This document shows positions 21,569-32,094 of a DNA stretch of 64,000 bases, piece after piece. Below the pieces are notes generated by a model. It was given only the letters and a program-made list of their open reading frames with translations. It made no database searches and was not told the DNA's origin. Source of the stretch: Bacteroidaceae bacterium. GTDB lineage: Bacteria > Bacteroidota > Bacteroidia > Bacteroidales > Barnesiellaceae_A. Both the position numbers and the translations under genes were made by a program. The DNA is taken from contig JAFUOV010000009.1 in NCBI GenBank assembly GCA_017481745.1, forward strand, positions 54,603-118,602. Direction: 5' to 3'. Position 1 is the stretch's first letter; each line of letters opens with the position of its first letter.

Positions 21569-22459
21569 ATGGCTCGTTTTTTTAAGCAAATAAAGGAGTA
21601 TATCCGTACAAATATTACCCACTTGTCGCCCACACTCAATACTCGCATAAGGTATTGGCGTGCATTTCGCAAGCCTATCGACTTGAAGAACCCTCGCACC
21701 TTGGACGAGAAGATACAATGGCTCAAGCTCAATACCTACTATAAAAACCCTTTGGTAACGCAGTGTGCCGACAAATATGCAGTGCGCGACTATGTTAAGG
21801 ATTGTGGTTGTGGCGAAATACTCAATCCCCTATATTTTGCGTGGGATAGTGTCGACCAGATTAATTGGGACGAGCTACCCAATAGTTTTGTGATAAAATG
21901 GAACTTTGGCTGTGGCTACAATCTGATATGCCGCGACAAGTCGCAACTCGATATAGAGCAAGCCAAGGCTAAACTTTGCGAGTGGCGTAAAGGTCATAAA
22001 ACATATTACCTGACATACTCCGAGATGCAGTATAAGGATATAAAACCCAAACTCATCTGCGAGAAACTTATCGAAACAGCCGATGGAAGCCTGCCACAAG
22101 ACTATAAACTATATTGTTTCAACGGTCGAGCCGAGTATATTCTCGTATGCTCGGGGCGCGACGATGCAGGTCAAGGTGCCAAATACTACTTCTTCGACTC
22201 GCAATGGCAGCTGCAACGCCTCAATCGTGCCGGTAAGGCTGCTCCGCAAGACTTTACATTGCCCAAACCTCAAGGTATTGAACAATTGTTTCACTATGCC
22301 GATGCGCTATCTAAGCCCTTCCCATTTGTTCGTGCCGATTTCTATCTCGAAGAGGGTAGGGTGATATTTGGCGAACTTACCTTTACGCCTTGTGGCGGAT
22401 TGGACAATAATCGTCTGCCCGAAACACAACTGCTCTTTGGCGACAAGGTGAAACTTTAA
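21569..22459 (+). CDS. ATP-grasp fold amidoligase, TupA-like (1 of 4)
   Basis: 296 aa. LKNPRTLDEKIQWLKL, DKYAVRDYV, FVIKWNFGCGYNLIC, DYKLYCFNG and FGELTFTPCGG. Confidence 0.85.
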   Translation: MARFFKQIKEYIRTNITHLSPTLNTRIRYWRAFRKPIDLKNPRTLDEKIQWLKLNTYYKNPLVTQCADKYAVRDYVKDCGCGEILNPLYFAWDSVDQINWDELPNSFVIKWNFGCGYNLICRDKSQLDIEQAKAKLCEWRKGHKTYYLTYSEMQYKDIKPKLICEKLIETADGSLPQDYKLYCFNGRAEYILVCSGRDDAGQGAKYYFFDSQWQLQRLNRAGKAAPQDFTLPKPQGIEQLFHYADALSKPFPFVRADFYLEEGRVIFGELTFTPCGGLDNNRLPETQLLFGDKVKL

Positions 22460-22473
22460 AACTACACAGCACC

Positions 22474-23643
22474 ATGTGCAATCCCAATATAGCAATAGTA
22501 GTTGTAGGTTACAATCGGGTCGATTCGATTGCTCGATTGCTCGATACGCTCGATAAGGCATACTATCCGCAAGTCTCAGTACCCCTTATCATCAGCATAG
22601 ACAAGAGCGATACCGATGCCGTAGAGCGCTATGCCGACGGCTTCGATTGGCAGCATGGCAGAAAGCAAGTGGTCAAGCACGAGCAACGAATGGGGTTGCG
22701 CAACCATATACTCAGTCTGGGACAGCACTTCGACCATTACGATGCCCTCATTGTGCTCGAAGACGACCTCTCGGTGTCGCCCAACTTCTATCTCTATGCC
22801 ATGCAGGCAGTAGAGAAATATCACGACGACGACCGCATAGCCGGCATCAGCCTCTTCAGCTTTGCCATAAACTACCAGACGGGGCACTTCTTCCAACCCA
22901 TCAAAGACCACAACGACGTCTACTTCATGAACTGCGCCCAATCGTGGGGACAAGTGTGGATGAAACGTCAATGGCTCCGTTTCTACGAGTGGTACAACGA
23001 CCATACCCACTTCCCCCAACAGTCGCCCCTGTTGCCACCATATATATGCACATGGCCTGCGACGTCGTGGCTCAAGTATCACACACGCTATTGTGCCGAG
23101 GAAAATCTCTATTTCGTGTATCCCTATGTAGCATATACCACCAACAATGGCGATACAGGCACACACAACGGCGGCTCATATATCAACCTCAACCAAGAGC
23201 GATTGCAACGAGGTCGCATCACAACCCTGCGATTGCCCCATTTCGACGAAGAAGAAACAGTGTGCTACGATGTCTTTTTCGAGAACAAAAAGCTCGCTCA
23301 AGTGTTAAACCTCGACGACGACCAATGTTGCGTAGACCTCAATGGCGAGCGAGGCAACAGAGAAAACAAGCGATATTGGCTCACAACCAAGCAGTGCAAC
23401 TACAAGATTTGCCGGCAGTTTGGTGTGCGCTATCGCCCCATAGACGAGAACATTTATGCTGCAACACCCGGATGCGAAATATATCTCTACGACACAACAC
23501 AAGTCGTCGAGAATACATTCAAACGCACATTCTCGCACCTGCTATACGACATACGCATCGACACCATATCGCGCGTAATACGCACCTATGGCAAGAAAAG
23601 AGCCATTCGCGAAGCCATCAAACGCCTTTTCCGCCGAAAATAA
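22474..23643 (+). CDS. Glycosyltransferase, GT-A fold (GT2-like)
   Basis: 389 aa. N-terminal IAIVVVGYNRVDSIARLLDTL...ISIDKSD...LEDDLSVSP (DxD-like). Confidence 0.7.
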   Translation: MCNPNIAIVVVGYNRVDSIARLLDTLDKAYYPQVSVPLIISIDKSDTDAVERYADGFDWQHGRKQVVKHEQRMGLRNHILSLGQHFDHYDALIVLEDDLSVSPNFYLYAMQAVEKYHDDDRIAGISLFSFAINYQTGHFFQPIKDHNDVYFMNCAQSWGQVWMKRQWLRFYEWYNDHTHFPQQSPLLPPYICTWPATSWLKYHTRYCAEENLYFVYPYVAYTTNNGDTGTHNGGSYINLNQERLQRGRITTLRLPHFDEEETVCYDVFFENKKLAQVLNLDDDQCCVDLNGERGNRENKRYWLTTKQCNYKICRQFGVRYRPIDENIYAATPGCEIYLYDTTQVVENTFKRTFSHLLYDIRIDTISRVIRTYGKKRAIREAIKRLFRRK

Positions 23644-23654
23644 CGCTATAAATT

Positions 23655-24323
23655 ATGCCTTCAATCATCAAATACATACGTCGCAAAGTTGAACTCGCAC
23701 GGCTCAAAAAACGCCATGTCATCATACACAAGCACGCCGATTTCAACCGCAACACACAATGCGAAGGCTATAACATCGTACACCCCGGCTCGTCGGTAAA
23801 AGACACCACACTCGGCTATGCCACATACATAGGGCTCGATAGCAAGCTCGAAAGATGCCGTATAGGACGATTTTGCTCCATCGGCGGCAACGTATCGGTA
23901 ATAGACTCGCGCCACCCCACCGACACATTCGTGTCGACACACCCCATATTCTTCAGCCCAAACAAACAATGCGGCAGAACATTCACCGACCAATTGCTGT
24001 ACCCCGAAATACTCAGCGTAGACGGCTATGCAGCCATTATAGGTAACGACGTGTGGATAGGCAACGACGTGAGAATAATGGGCGGATGCACCATTGGCGA
24101 TGGCGCCATAGTAGCAGCAGGAGCAGTAGTAACCCGCGATGTACCACCATACGCCATCGTAGCAGGCGTACCCGCCAAGGTAATACGCTACCGTTTCAGC
24201 CCCGAGCAAATAGAAACACTCCTCAACACACAATGGTGGAATTGGTCAGTCGACAAGATACAGCAACACCACAGCCAATTCCTCAACATCGACCAGTTCA
24301 TAGCCGGCAACCCAGCCACATAA
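23655..24323 (+). CDS. Hexapeptide-repeat O-acetyltransferase (CatB/Vat-like)
   Basis: 222 aa. Left-handed beta-helix repeats ([53 protein letters not shown]). Confidence 0.85.
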   Translation: MPSIIKYIRRKVELARLKKRHVIIHKHADFNRNTQCEGYNIVHPGSSVKDTTLGYATYIGLDSKLERCRIGRFCSIGGNVSVIDSRHPTDTFVSTHPIFFSPNKQCGRTFTDQLLYPEILSVDGYAAIIGNDVWIGNDVRIMGGCTIGDGAIVAAGAVVTRDVPPYAIVAGVPAKVIRYRFSPEQIETLLNTQWWNWSVDKIQQHHSQFLNIDQFIAGNPAT

Positions 24324-24326
24324 CAC

Positions 24327-25181
24327 ATGAAAGAAAAAATATACAACATAGTCATCAAAATATTAGTAACCCTGTTTGGACGTCGATTTGTTTACGCCAT
24401 ACGATACTACAGGCTGCGCAAGCGTTGGCCCAATTTCGACCAACCGCAAGACCTCAGCGAGTATCTCATAAACAAAATAACAACCAACCAGACCCACACA
24501 TACGCACCCCTCGCCGACAAAATAGAAGTACGACAATACGTCGCCTCAAAAGGACTATCGTCGATACTACTGCCACACTACGGCTATTGGAGCAATGCAC
24601 ACGACATCAACTTCGATACACTCCCACCGAAGTTCGTACTCAAAACCAACAACGGCGTAGACTCGCAAAACGTATACATCTGTCGCGACAAATCCACATT
24701 CGACATCCCGTCAGTCTGCAAGAAACTCAACAAAGCACTCAAGGAAAAGTCAGTCTACGAGTACCACTACAACCTTATCGAACCCAAAATACTCTGCGAA
24801 CAACTCCTGGAGACCCAACAAGGAACACAACCCACCGACTACAAGTTCCTCTGCATCAACGGAAAAGTAGTAGACATAATAGCCACGATGGACCGTTTTG
24901 AGCACAAGCGATCAATAATAATGACCCCCGATTGGCAATACGTCGACCGTATGTATCACCAATACATCCCCGATACATTACCACCACGACCCAACCAATT
25001 ACAACAAATGATAAACATAGCACAAACCCTCTCGGCAGACTTTGACGTAGTACGAGTCGACCTATACAACCCCGGCGAAAAAATATACTTCGGCGAACTC
25101 ACATTCACCCCCTCAGCCGGACTCCTCGACGCCCGCACAACCCAAGCCATAACCCACTACGCCACCCTGCTAAGGGGATAA
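24327..25181 (+). CDS. ATP-grasp fold amidoligase, TupA-like (2 of 4)
   Basis: 284 aa. DKIEVRQYV, FVLKTNNGVDSQNVYICRDK, DYKFLCINGK and YFGELTFTPSAG. Confidence 0.85.
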   Translation: MKEKIYNIVIKILVTLFGRRFVYAIRYYRLRKRWPNFDQPQDLSEYLINKITTNQTHTYAPLADKIEVRQYVASKGLSSILLPHYGYWSNAHDINFDTLPPKFVLKTNNGVDSQNVYICRDKSTFDIPSVCKKLNKALKEKSVYEYHYNLIEPKILCEQLLETQQGTQPTDYKFLCINGKVVDIIATMDRFEHKRSIIMTPDWQYVDRMYHQYIPDTLPPRPNQLQQMINIAQTLSADFDVVRVDLYNPGEKIYFGELTFTPSAGLLDARTTQAITHYATLLRG

Positions 25182-25207
25182 AATAGTTTACTAAATAAAA
25201 AATAAAT

Positions 25208-26146
25208 ATGAAAAACAGAATCGCAATTATAGCAGTATATTTTGGTCCGTTACCTAATTATTTACCCCTATGGTTAAAATCTTGTGAGTATAATGATTTG
25301 ATCGATTTTTATTTAATAACAGACCAAAATGTAGCACAACATCCATCTAATGTCATAGTAAAACCTATGACATTAGGAGAGATGAAAAATCGTGCTCAAT
25401 CAATCTTACAATTTGATGTTAGTTTGGAAAGACCTTATAAATGTTGTGATTTTAAAGTAATATATGGATTGATTTTTCAAGATTATGTAAAGGATTATGA
25501 TTATTGGGGACATTGTGATCTTGATTTAATATGGGGAGATTTGTCATATTTTTTCCAAAAGTACAATTTGTATAATTATGACAAATTCCTCGTTCTAGGG
25601 CATCTATCTTTATATAGAAATACAGATGATGTTAATAATGCCTTTAGAAAAGACGGTTGTTCAAAAGATTTTCATACAATTTTTTCTAATGATAAATCTT
25701 ATGGTTTCGATGAGAAAAATGGAATTTATAGAATAATGCTTCATAATAATTATAAGGTCTTTGATAGAGATATTTATATAGACATTACTACATTGTATAA
25801 GCGTTATAGATGTAATGCAGAATGTTATAATTATCAAACATATTATTGGAAAGAAGGAAAAATATATTATATATATTATGATGAAAAAGTTTTGAATACC
25901 AAAGAATATATGTATATCCATTTCCAAAAAAGACCTAATTATGAACTGACGTTTGATTGTAAAGATGTAAAAGAATTTTATATTACAAATAGTGGCTTTT
26001 ACATCAAAGATAAAGAACCCTCTATACCCGAAATAAATAAGTTAAACCCTTATAGAGGAAAGTTGTATGAAATGATAGAAAAGACCTATAATGTATATAA
26101 GAAGCGTATAATGTTAAAATTAAAATCGTGGAAAATACTACACTAA
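25208..26146 (+). CDS. Conserved polysaccharide-locus protein, putative glycosyltransferase (DUF6625-like)
   Basis: 312 aa. IAIIAVYFGPLPNYLPLWLKSCEYNDLIDFYLITDQ and YWGHCDLDLIWGDL resemble a family recurrent in Bacteroidales CPS loci. The function is unproven. Confidence 0.5.
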   Translation: MKNRIAIIAVYFGPLPNYLPLWLKSCEYNDLIDFYLITDQNVAQHPSNVIVKPMTLGEMKNRAQSILQFDVSLERPYKCCDFKVIYGLIFQDYVKDYDYWGHCDLDLIWGDLSYFFQKYNLYNYDKFLVLGHLSLYRNTDDVNNAFRKDGCSKDFHTIFSNDKSYGFDEKNGIYRIMLHNNYKVFDRDIYIDITTLYKRYRCNAECYNYQTYYWKEGKIYYIYYDEKVLNTKEYMYIHFQKRPNYELTFDCKDVKEFYITNSGFYIKDKEPSIPEINKLNPYRGKLYEMIEKTYNVYKKRIMLKLKSWKILH

Positions 26147-27606
26147 AGTCTTTGACGGCTCAAGCAACAAAATGGTCTTCTGTGACAGAGATTGCAAGCC
26201 GTCTAGTTTTACCATTTATTAATATGGTGTTAGCAAGATTGTTAACACCAGAAGCTTTTGGTGTAATAGCAACAGTCAACATGATTGTTAGTTTTGCAGA
26301 GATATTTACAGATGCTGGCTTTCAAAAATATCTTGTGCAACATGATTTTGAAGATGAAGAAGAACTTGACAATAATACGAATGTAGCATTTTGGACAAAT
26401 CTCTTAATATCCGTTGTTTTATGGCTATTGATATTTTTTTTCTCAGAGCAACTTGCTATATTAGTAGGGAATCCGGGTTTAGGAAATGTTATAGTTATTG
26501 CATCTTTAGTTTTGCCGGTTAATGCTTTCAGTAGTATTCAGATGGCTCGCTATAAAAGAGATTGGAATTTTAAGTCATTGTTTTATGTGCGTTTAGTGTC
26601 TATATGTGTTCCTTTATTTGTAACATTGCCATTAGCATATATAACAAAAAGTTTCTGGGCGTTAGTTATTGGAACATTATCAGGAGCTGTTGTAAATGCT
26701 GTCATTTTAACTTGCAGGTCTCGATGGAAACCTAAGTTGTTTTTTTCAATAAAGAAATTGAAAGAAATGTTTTCATACAGTTGGTGGATAATGATGGAGT
26801 CTATATCAACGTGGATGACCTCCTATTTCGATACTTTTATTGTTGGTATATTTTTATCTACTTTTTATGTCGGTATATATAAGACATCAATGATAACAGT
26901 AAACCAAATTATATCTTTAATAACATCGGCAACATCGATGCCATTATTTGTGGCACTTTCACGCTTAAAAAATGATAGGGATGCGTTAATAGATATGTAT
27001 AATAATTATATGCAAGCAGTTGCATTCTTCGTTTTCCCATTAAGTATTGGAATTTGGATTTATAGAGATTTTATAACATTTATTCTTCTTGGTTCACAAT
27101 GGAAAGAAGCTGCTGATTTTATTGGCTTATGGGGTTTATTGTCATCTATTAGCATTGTTCTAGGAACTTATGCAAATGGTTTGTATAATGCTATTGGAAA
27201 AACTTATATCTCATTCTTAGTAGCATTAATAAATATTTTATATATGATACCTATTTTATTTTGGTCCGCGCCGTTAGGTTTTGAGACCTTGTATATATCA
27301 CGTTCCAGTGTGAGGATTTTGTTTGTTATTATACAATTATTAATGATGAGTATTTATATAAAATATCCTATCTTTAGTTTAATAAAAAAACTTTTACCAA
27401 TAATTCCTTCCACAGTATTAATGGCAATTGTTGCGCTATTGTTAAATATGATTAGTCAAGCTTATTTGTGGAATTTTGTATGTATATTTATATGTATATT
27501 TGTATATTTTACATCAATGTTTATAATAAATAAAAAATTACTTAATAATTCATTACAGACACTAGGTGTAAATATTAAGATGTTAAAAAAGAGTAATCAT
27601 AGCTAA
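26128..27606 (+). CDS. wzx: Wzx-type oligosaccharide flippase (MOP superfamily)
   Basis: 492 aa with about 12-14 TM segments and an N-terminal ...LARLLTPEAFGVIA motif. The GTG start overlaps the upstream gene by 19 nt. Confidence 0.85.
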   Translation: MENTTLKSLTAQATKWSSVTEIASRLVLPFINMVLARLLTPEAFGVIATVNMIVSFAEIFTDAGFQKYLVQHDFEDEEELDNNTNVAFWTNLLISVVLWLLIFFFSEQLAILVGNPGLGNVIVIASLVLPVNAFSSIQMARYKRDWNFKSLFYVRLVSICVPLFVTLPLAYITKSFWALVIGTLSGAVVNAVILTCRSRWKPKLFFSIKKLKEMFSYSWWIMMESISTWMTSYFDTFIVGIFLSTFYVGIYKTSMITVNQIISLITSATSMPLFVALSRLKNDRDALIDMYNNYMQAVAFFVFPLSIGIWIYRDFITFILLGSQWKEAADFIGLWGLLSSISIVLGTYANGLYNAIGKTYISFLVALINILYMIPILFWSAPLGFETLYISRSSVRILFVIIQLLMMSIYIKYPIFSLIKKLLPIIPSTVLMAIVALLLNMISQAYLWNFVCIFICIFVYFTSMFIINKKLLNNSLQTLGVNIKMLKKSNHS

Positions 27607-27804
27607 TATAGAATTGTTTGTTTTAACCATAAAATTAAATTCTATATATTATTTTTATAAAACCATTAGCAATTTCTTTTGGGATTATATCAATGACCAT
27701 AATGCTTATAATTAAATAATTATTTGAATTAAACCGTTTTAATAGCTATGTGCATAACCTATAATGTAATAGCAATATCAATATAAACTATATTTATAAT
27801 AAAG

Positions 27805-28779
27805 ATGTTAATAAATAAATTGAAAAAGTTTTCTTACTATTTGATACACGACATTAATAAGATTAAATTGTATTTATTATATAAATTCAATTGGATTTTT
27901 AGTAATGATGAGATATATATCAAATATATTTATAAGCTTCGTATGAAACAAGAATTGAATCTTTGTAAACCTAGAACATTCGGAGAGAAACTTCAATGGT
28001 TAAAACTCTATAATCGGAATCCCGAATATACACGGATGGTTGATAAATATGAAGTTAAAAAATACGTAGCTGATATAATTGGAGAAGAATATGTTATACC
28101 AACATTAGGTGTATGGGATAAGGTTGAAGATATTGATTATGATGCTTTACCCAATCAGTTTGTGTTGAAATCTACTCATGATAGTGGAGGGATAGTAATA
28201 TGTAAAAACAAGAGTTTGTTAGATCGTGTTTATGTAAAGAAGAAAATTGGCAAATCTTTGAAACGAAATTATTATAATGAAAAAAGAGAATGGCCTTATA
28301 AGTATGTAAAACGGAGAATAATTGCAGAACAGTTTTTGTCTGACAGTGTACATCAAGATCTTATAGATTATAAATTCTTTTGTTTTAATGGTCAACCTCG
28401 ATATTGTCAAGTAATTAGAGATAGAAGTACTAACGAAACAATTGATTTTTATGATATGCAGTGGAATCATATGCCATTTGTTGGTCTTAATCCTATTGCT
28501 CCAAATGAATATAATCCGATTGTTAAAAATGGTCTTAATCCAGTTACAAGACCAAGTTGTCTAGATAATATGATTGAAATATGTGAAAAATTGGCTAAAA
28601 ATATTCCTTTTGTGAGAATTGATTTGTATATAATAAATAATAAAATATATTTTGGAGAAATAACATTTTTCCCTGCTAGTGGTTTCGGCGTTTTTACACC
28701 AGATAATTGGAATTTGGTTTTGGGAGATATGATAAGTTTGCCCAATATAAAAAATACTGAGGTAGAGTTTATAAAATAA
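27805..28779 (+). CDS. ATP-grasp fold amidoligase, TupA-like (3 of 4)
   Basis: 324 aa. LNLCKPRTFGEKLQWLKLYNRNPEYT, FVLKSTHDSGGIVICK, DYKFFCFNG and YFGEITFFPASG. Confidence 0.85.
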   Translation: MLINKLKKFSYYLIHDINKIKLYLLYKFNWIFSNDEIYIKYIYKLRMKQELNLCKPRTFGEKLQWLKLYNRNPEYTRMVDKYEVKKYVADIIGEEYVIPTLGVWDKVEDIDYDALPNQFVLKSTHDSGGIVICKNKSLLDRVYVKKKIGKSLKRNYYNEKREWPYKYVKRRIIAEQFLSDSVHQDLIDYKFFCFNGQPRYCQVIRDRSTNETIDFYDMQWNHMPFVGLNPIAPNEYNPIVKNGLNPVTRPSCLDNMIEICEKLAKNIPFVRIDLYIINNKIYFGEITFFPASGFGVFTPDNWNLVLGDMISLPNIKNTEVEFIK

Positions 28780-28900
28780 AAACGAAATAATGTATTATTA
28801 GATTCTTATTGTATTACTTTCGTTATAAGTAGTAATCCAATAAAGATAAATAATAATAGATTTGTATAATTACCTTTAATAATATTGTTATTAGTAATAT

Positions 28901-29815
28901 ATGGAAAGTTTTAAAAAATTTTTGTTTTATTTTAAATTTCATCCCAAGCAAATACTTATATCATTGTTATGTAAAATATCATTTTTATTTTCTGACGTGA
29001 TATACCTAAAGTTATTATATTTTTTTTCAATAGGAAAATCTTTAAATCTCAATAACCCTCAAACTTTTGCTGAAAAGTTACAATGGCTTAAGTTATATAA
29101 TCGCCGACCAGAATATACAAAGATGGTAGACAAATATGAGGCAAAGAGATATGTCGCAGATTTGATAGGTGTTAAATATATTATACCGACTTTAGGAGTA
29201 TGGGATAAAGTTGAAGATATTGATTTTGATACATTGCCAAATCAATTTGTCTTAAAATGCACGCACGATAGCGGTGGCGTTATAATATGTAAAAATAAGG
29301 CAGAATTAGATATAGTTGCTGCTAAAAAAAAATTGCGCAAAGCTCTTAAGCGAAGATATTATCTTCAGAATAGAGAATATCCATATAAAAATGTCGTACC
29401 TCGTATTATTGCAGAACAATATATGGTGGATGAGAGTGGCTATGAACTGAAAGACTATAAAGTTTTTTGTTTTAATGGTGTTGCTAAGTATTGTCAGGTT
29501 GTTGAAGGTAGAAATAGCATAATGACTGCCGATTTTTATGATAGAGAGTGGCTACATCTTCCTTTACATCAACCACAAAGATATCCTTTTGCAGAAGTGC
29601 TTCATAAAGAGCCATCTTGCGTTAATGATTTATGGAAGTGTGCTGAGAAATTAGCAGTAAATATTCCTTTTGTTAGAGTAGATTTTTATATTGTAAATAA
29701 TAAGATATACTTTGGAGAACTTACCTTTTTCCCTGCTAGTGGCATTGGAGGTATTAAACCCAGAGAGTGGGATAATATTTGGGGGAGTTATATAGTGTTG
29801 CCGGATAAAGTATAA
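28901..29815 (+). CDS. ATP-grasp fold amidoligase, TupA-like (4 of 4); tandem paralog of 27805-28779
   Basis: 304 aa. LNLNNPQTFAEKLQWLKLYNRRPEYT, FVLKCTHDSGGVIICK, DYKVFCFNG and YFGELTFFPASG. Confidence 0.85.
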   Translation: MESFKKFLFYFKFHPKQILISLLCKISFLFSDVIYLKLLYFFSIGKSLNLNNPQTFAEKLQWLKLYNRRPEYTKMVDKYEAKRYVADLIGVKYIIPTLGVWDKVEDIDFDTLPNQFVLKCTHDSGGVIICKNKAELDIVAAKKKLRKALKRRYYLQNREYPYKNVVPRIIAEQYMVDESGYELKDYKVFCFNGVAKYCQVVEGRNSIMTADFYDREWLHLPLHQPQRYPFAEVLHKEPSCVNDLWKCAEKLAVNIPFVRVDFYIVNNKIYFGELTFFPASGIGGIKPREWDNIWGSYIVLPDKV

Positions 29816-29829
29816 ATAAAGATTATGCT

Positions 29830-31014
29830 ATGAAACAATATTTGAATGCAAGCGTATTCTATATTTTATTATGGTCTTTGTATTACTTACAAGGAACCTT
29901 GTATGCAGAAGGAAGTATAATTTCACAACTAATATTGGCTATATTATTAGTCTATTCTTTCTTTTGTTTCTGTAAAGTTGTAATCTCCTATAAGATGCCA
30001 GTGCTTTTAAAAAGTCTTAGTTTCTTTTTGGTAATTATGACTATATATGGAGTTTATTTTATGTTATCACCTCATCAAATTTATGATGAAAATAATTTGT
30101 CTAGTGCTGTTTCAAAGACTCTTTATTTAAAAAATCTGTATGTTTCCATTCTTCCTATATATGTAATGTATTATTTTGCAAAGAAAGATTTGTTGTCAGA
30201 GGAAGTTGTAAAAATTATTTTCATTATATTATTGATTACTTATATTATACTGTTTCAAAGGGTTGAGCAAACGGAAAAACTTAAATTATTAGCCAATGAT
30301 TTAAATGATGATAATGTGGTTAATAATATATCGTATCATTTTCTTAAGTTATTTCCCTTATTGTTCTTTTGGAATAGTAAACCAATATTACAATTTCTAA
30401 TAGCTGCCATATTATTGTTTTTCGTTCTTTCTGGTTTTAAGAGAGGGGCCATTGTGATTAGCGTGGTGTGTTTTATGTGGTTTTTTTATAAAATTTTCAA
30501 AGACATTCGCGGACGTCAACGTTTTTATATTGTTTTGTTGACCATTTTGTTTATGGTTATTGGAGGGACATATGTATATATGTTATATGATTCTAATCAA
30601 TTCTTTCAATATAGAATGGAGCAAACGATTCAAGGTGATTATAGTGCTAGAGATGTAATATATTTAACTCTATGGAATAACTTTCAACAAGAGCTCTCTT
30701 TATTAAAAGTGTTGTTTGGTAATGGCGTTTATCATACTATTAGTTTAACAGGAACGTTTGCACATAATGATTGGTTAGAGTTACTTACTAATCAAGGATT
30801 GATTGGAGTTCTTGCCTATTTATTATTTTTCGTTTATTTCGTGCGTACAATATATTTGAATAGAAGAAATAATTTGTTTGTAGCTGTTATGGGTATGTGT
30901 TTTATTATTATATTTTTATCATCATTTTACTCAATGTCGTATGAAATGATTGGATTAGCTCCGGCATTAGGTATTGGATATTGTATGTGTCAAATTTCAA
31001 ATAAAAAGATATGA
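29830..31014 (+). CDS. wzy: O-antigen/capsule repeat-unit polymerase (Wzy, O-antigen ligase-like domain)
   Basis: 394 aa with about 10 TM segments. FAHNDWLELLTNQGLIGVLAYLLFF is typical of the Wzy_C domain. Confidence 0.75.
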   Translation: MKQYLNASVFYILLWSLYYLQGTLYAEGSIISQLILAILLVYSFFCFCKVVISYKMPVLLKSLSFFLVIMTIYGVYFMLSPHQIYDENNLSSAVSKTLYLKNLYVSILPIYVMYYFAKKDLLSEEVVKIIFIILLITYIILFQRVEQTEKLKLLANDLNDDNVVNNISYHFLKLFPLLFFWNSKPILQFLIAAILLFFVLSGFKRGAIVISVVCFMWFFYKIFKDIRGRQRFYIVLLTILFMVIGGTYVYMLYDSNQFFQYRMEQTIQGDYSARDVIYLTLWNNFQQELSLLKVLFGNGVYHTISLTGTFAHNDWLELLTNQGLIGVLAYLLFFVYFVRTIYLNRRNNLFVAVMGMCFIIIFLSSFYSMSYEMIGLAPALGIGYCMCQISNKKI

Positions 31015-32093
31015 GAAATAAAAGAATAGCTTGTTTTACTGATTCTTTGAGTAGTGGTGGTGCTCAACGGCAATTAGTTGGATTGTCTTGTTTACTGAAG
31101 AAAAAAGGTTATGATGTAGATGTTATTTTATATAAAGAAGTTCCATTCTATAAAAATATTTTAGATAAAGAGCATATTAAAAGTATTGTCGTTGGTGATA
31201 ATTTAAATCTTTTAAAACGGTTATATAGTTTATATCTTTATTTCCGTAATAATCAATATGATGTTGTTATTGCATATCAAAGAATTCCTACAATTATCTC
31301 GTGTATATTGAATCTTATTTTTAAATGGAGAAAATTGATTGTATCAGAACGGTGTACAACGCAAAAAATAACAAAAAGTGATAGTTTAAGGTTCTTTTTG
31401 TGGAGATATGCTCAATGTATAGTTCCTAATTCATATTCTCAAGCTGAGTTTATTAAAAATAATGTCCCTCATCAATATCATAAAGTAGCAACAATAACTA
31501 ATTTCTTAGATACAGAATACTTTAAGCCTCTAGAGTATAAAAAAACAACTGATACGATCCATATTTTGTCGGTAGGACGGATTTCTCCACAAAAAAATAT
31601 TCTAAATTATTTAAGAGCTATCAAAAAAGTAGTAGATTTAGGATACCATATAAAGGTCGATTGGTATGGTAATACTGATAATATCGACTATCAACTTAAT
31701 TGTTTTTCTTTGCTAAAAGAACTCGATTTACAAAATATAGTTACTTTTAATGGCGCTGATAACGAAATTATTAAACAATACCAAACAGCAGATGTTTTTT
31801 GTTTGCCATCTTTATATGAGGGGTATCCCAATGTACTGTGTGAGGCAATGAGCTGTGGTTTACCTGTATTATGCAGTGATGTTTGTGATAATGGACTAAT
31901 TGCAGAAGATGGGCGTAATGGTTTTCTTTTTGATCCAACTAATTATATTGATATTGCAGAAAAAATTATAAAATACATTAATAGTGATGCAATTTCTAAA
32001 AAGCAAATGGGAGATAGAAGTCGGCAAATTGCATTAGAAAAGTTTTCAGCAGAAGAATTCGTTAGAAAATATATAGATTTAATAAATTCTTAA
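31011..32093 (+). CDS. Glycosyltransferase family 4
   Basis: 360 aa. SLSSGGAQRQ and the EX7E motif LYEGYPNVLCEAMSCGLPVLCSD. It overlaps wzy by 4 nt. Confidence 0.85.
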   Translation: MRNKRIACFTDSLSSGGAQRQLVGLSCLLKKKGYDVDVILYKEVPFYKNILDKEHIKSIVVGDNLNLLKRLYSLYLYFRNNQYDVVIAYQRIPTIISCILNLIFKWRKLIVSERCTTQKITKSDSLRFFLWRYAQCIVPNSYSQAEFIKNNVPHQYHKVATITNFLDTEYFKPLEYKKTTDTIHILSVGRISPQKNILNYLRAIKKVVDLGYHIKVDWYGNTDNIDYQLNCFSLLKELDLQNIVTFNGADNEIIKQYQTADVFCLPSLYEGYPNVLCEAMSCGLPVLCSDVCDNGLIAEDGRNGFLFDPTNYIDIAEKIIKYINSDAISKKQMGDRSRQIALEKFSAEEFVRKYIDLINS

Positions 32094-32094
32094 T

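Noticed and set aside
22647-24901. Long same-strand alternative-frame ORFs (22647-23651, 334 aa; 24053-24901, 282 aa) that could be read as overlapping genes
   Set aside because: Their translations are low-complexity R/H/P/T/Q-rich strings. They sit inside well-supported genes (GT-A transferase, acetyltransferase, TupA-like ligase). They are explained by the T-poor coding strand, which removes stop codons from the other forward frames.
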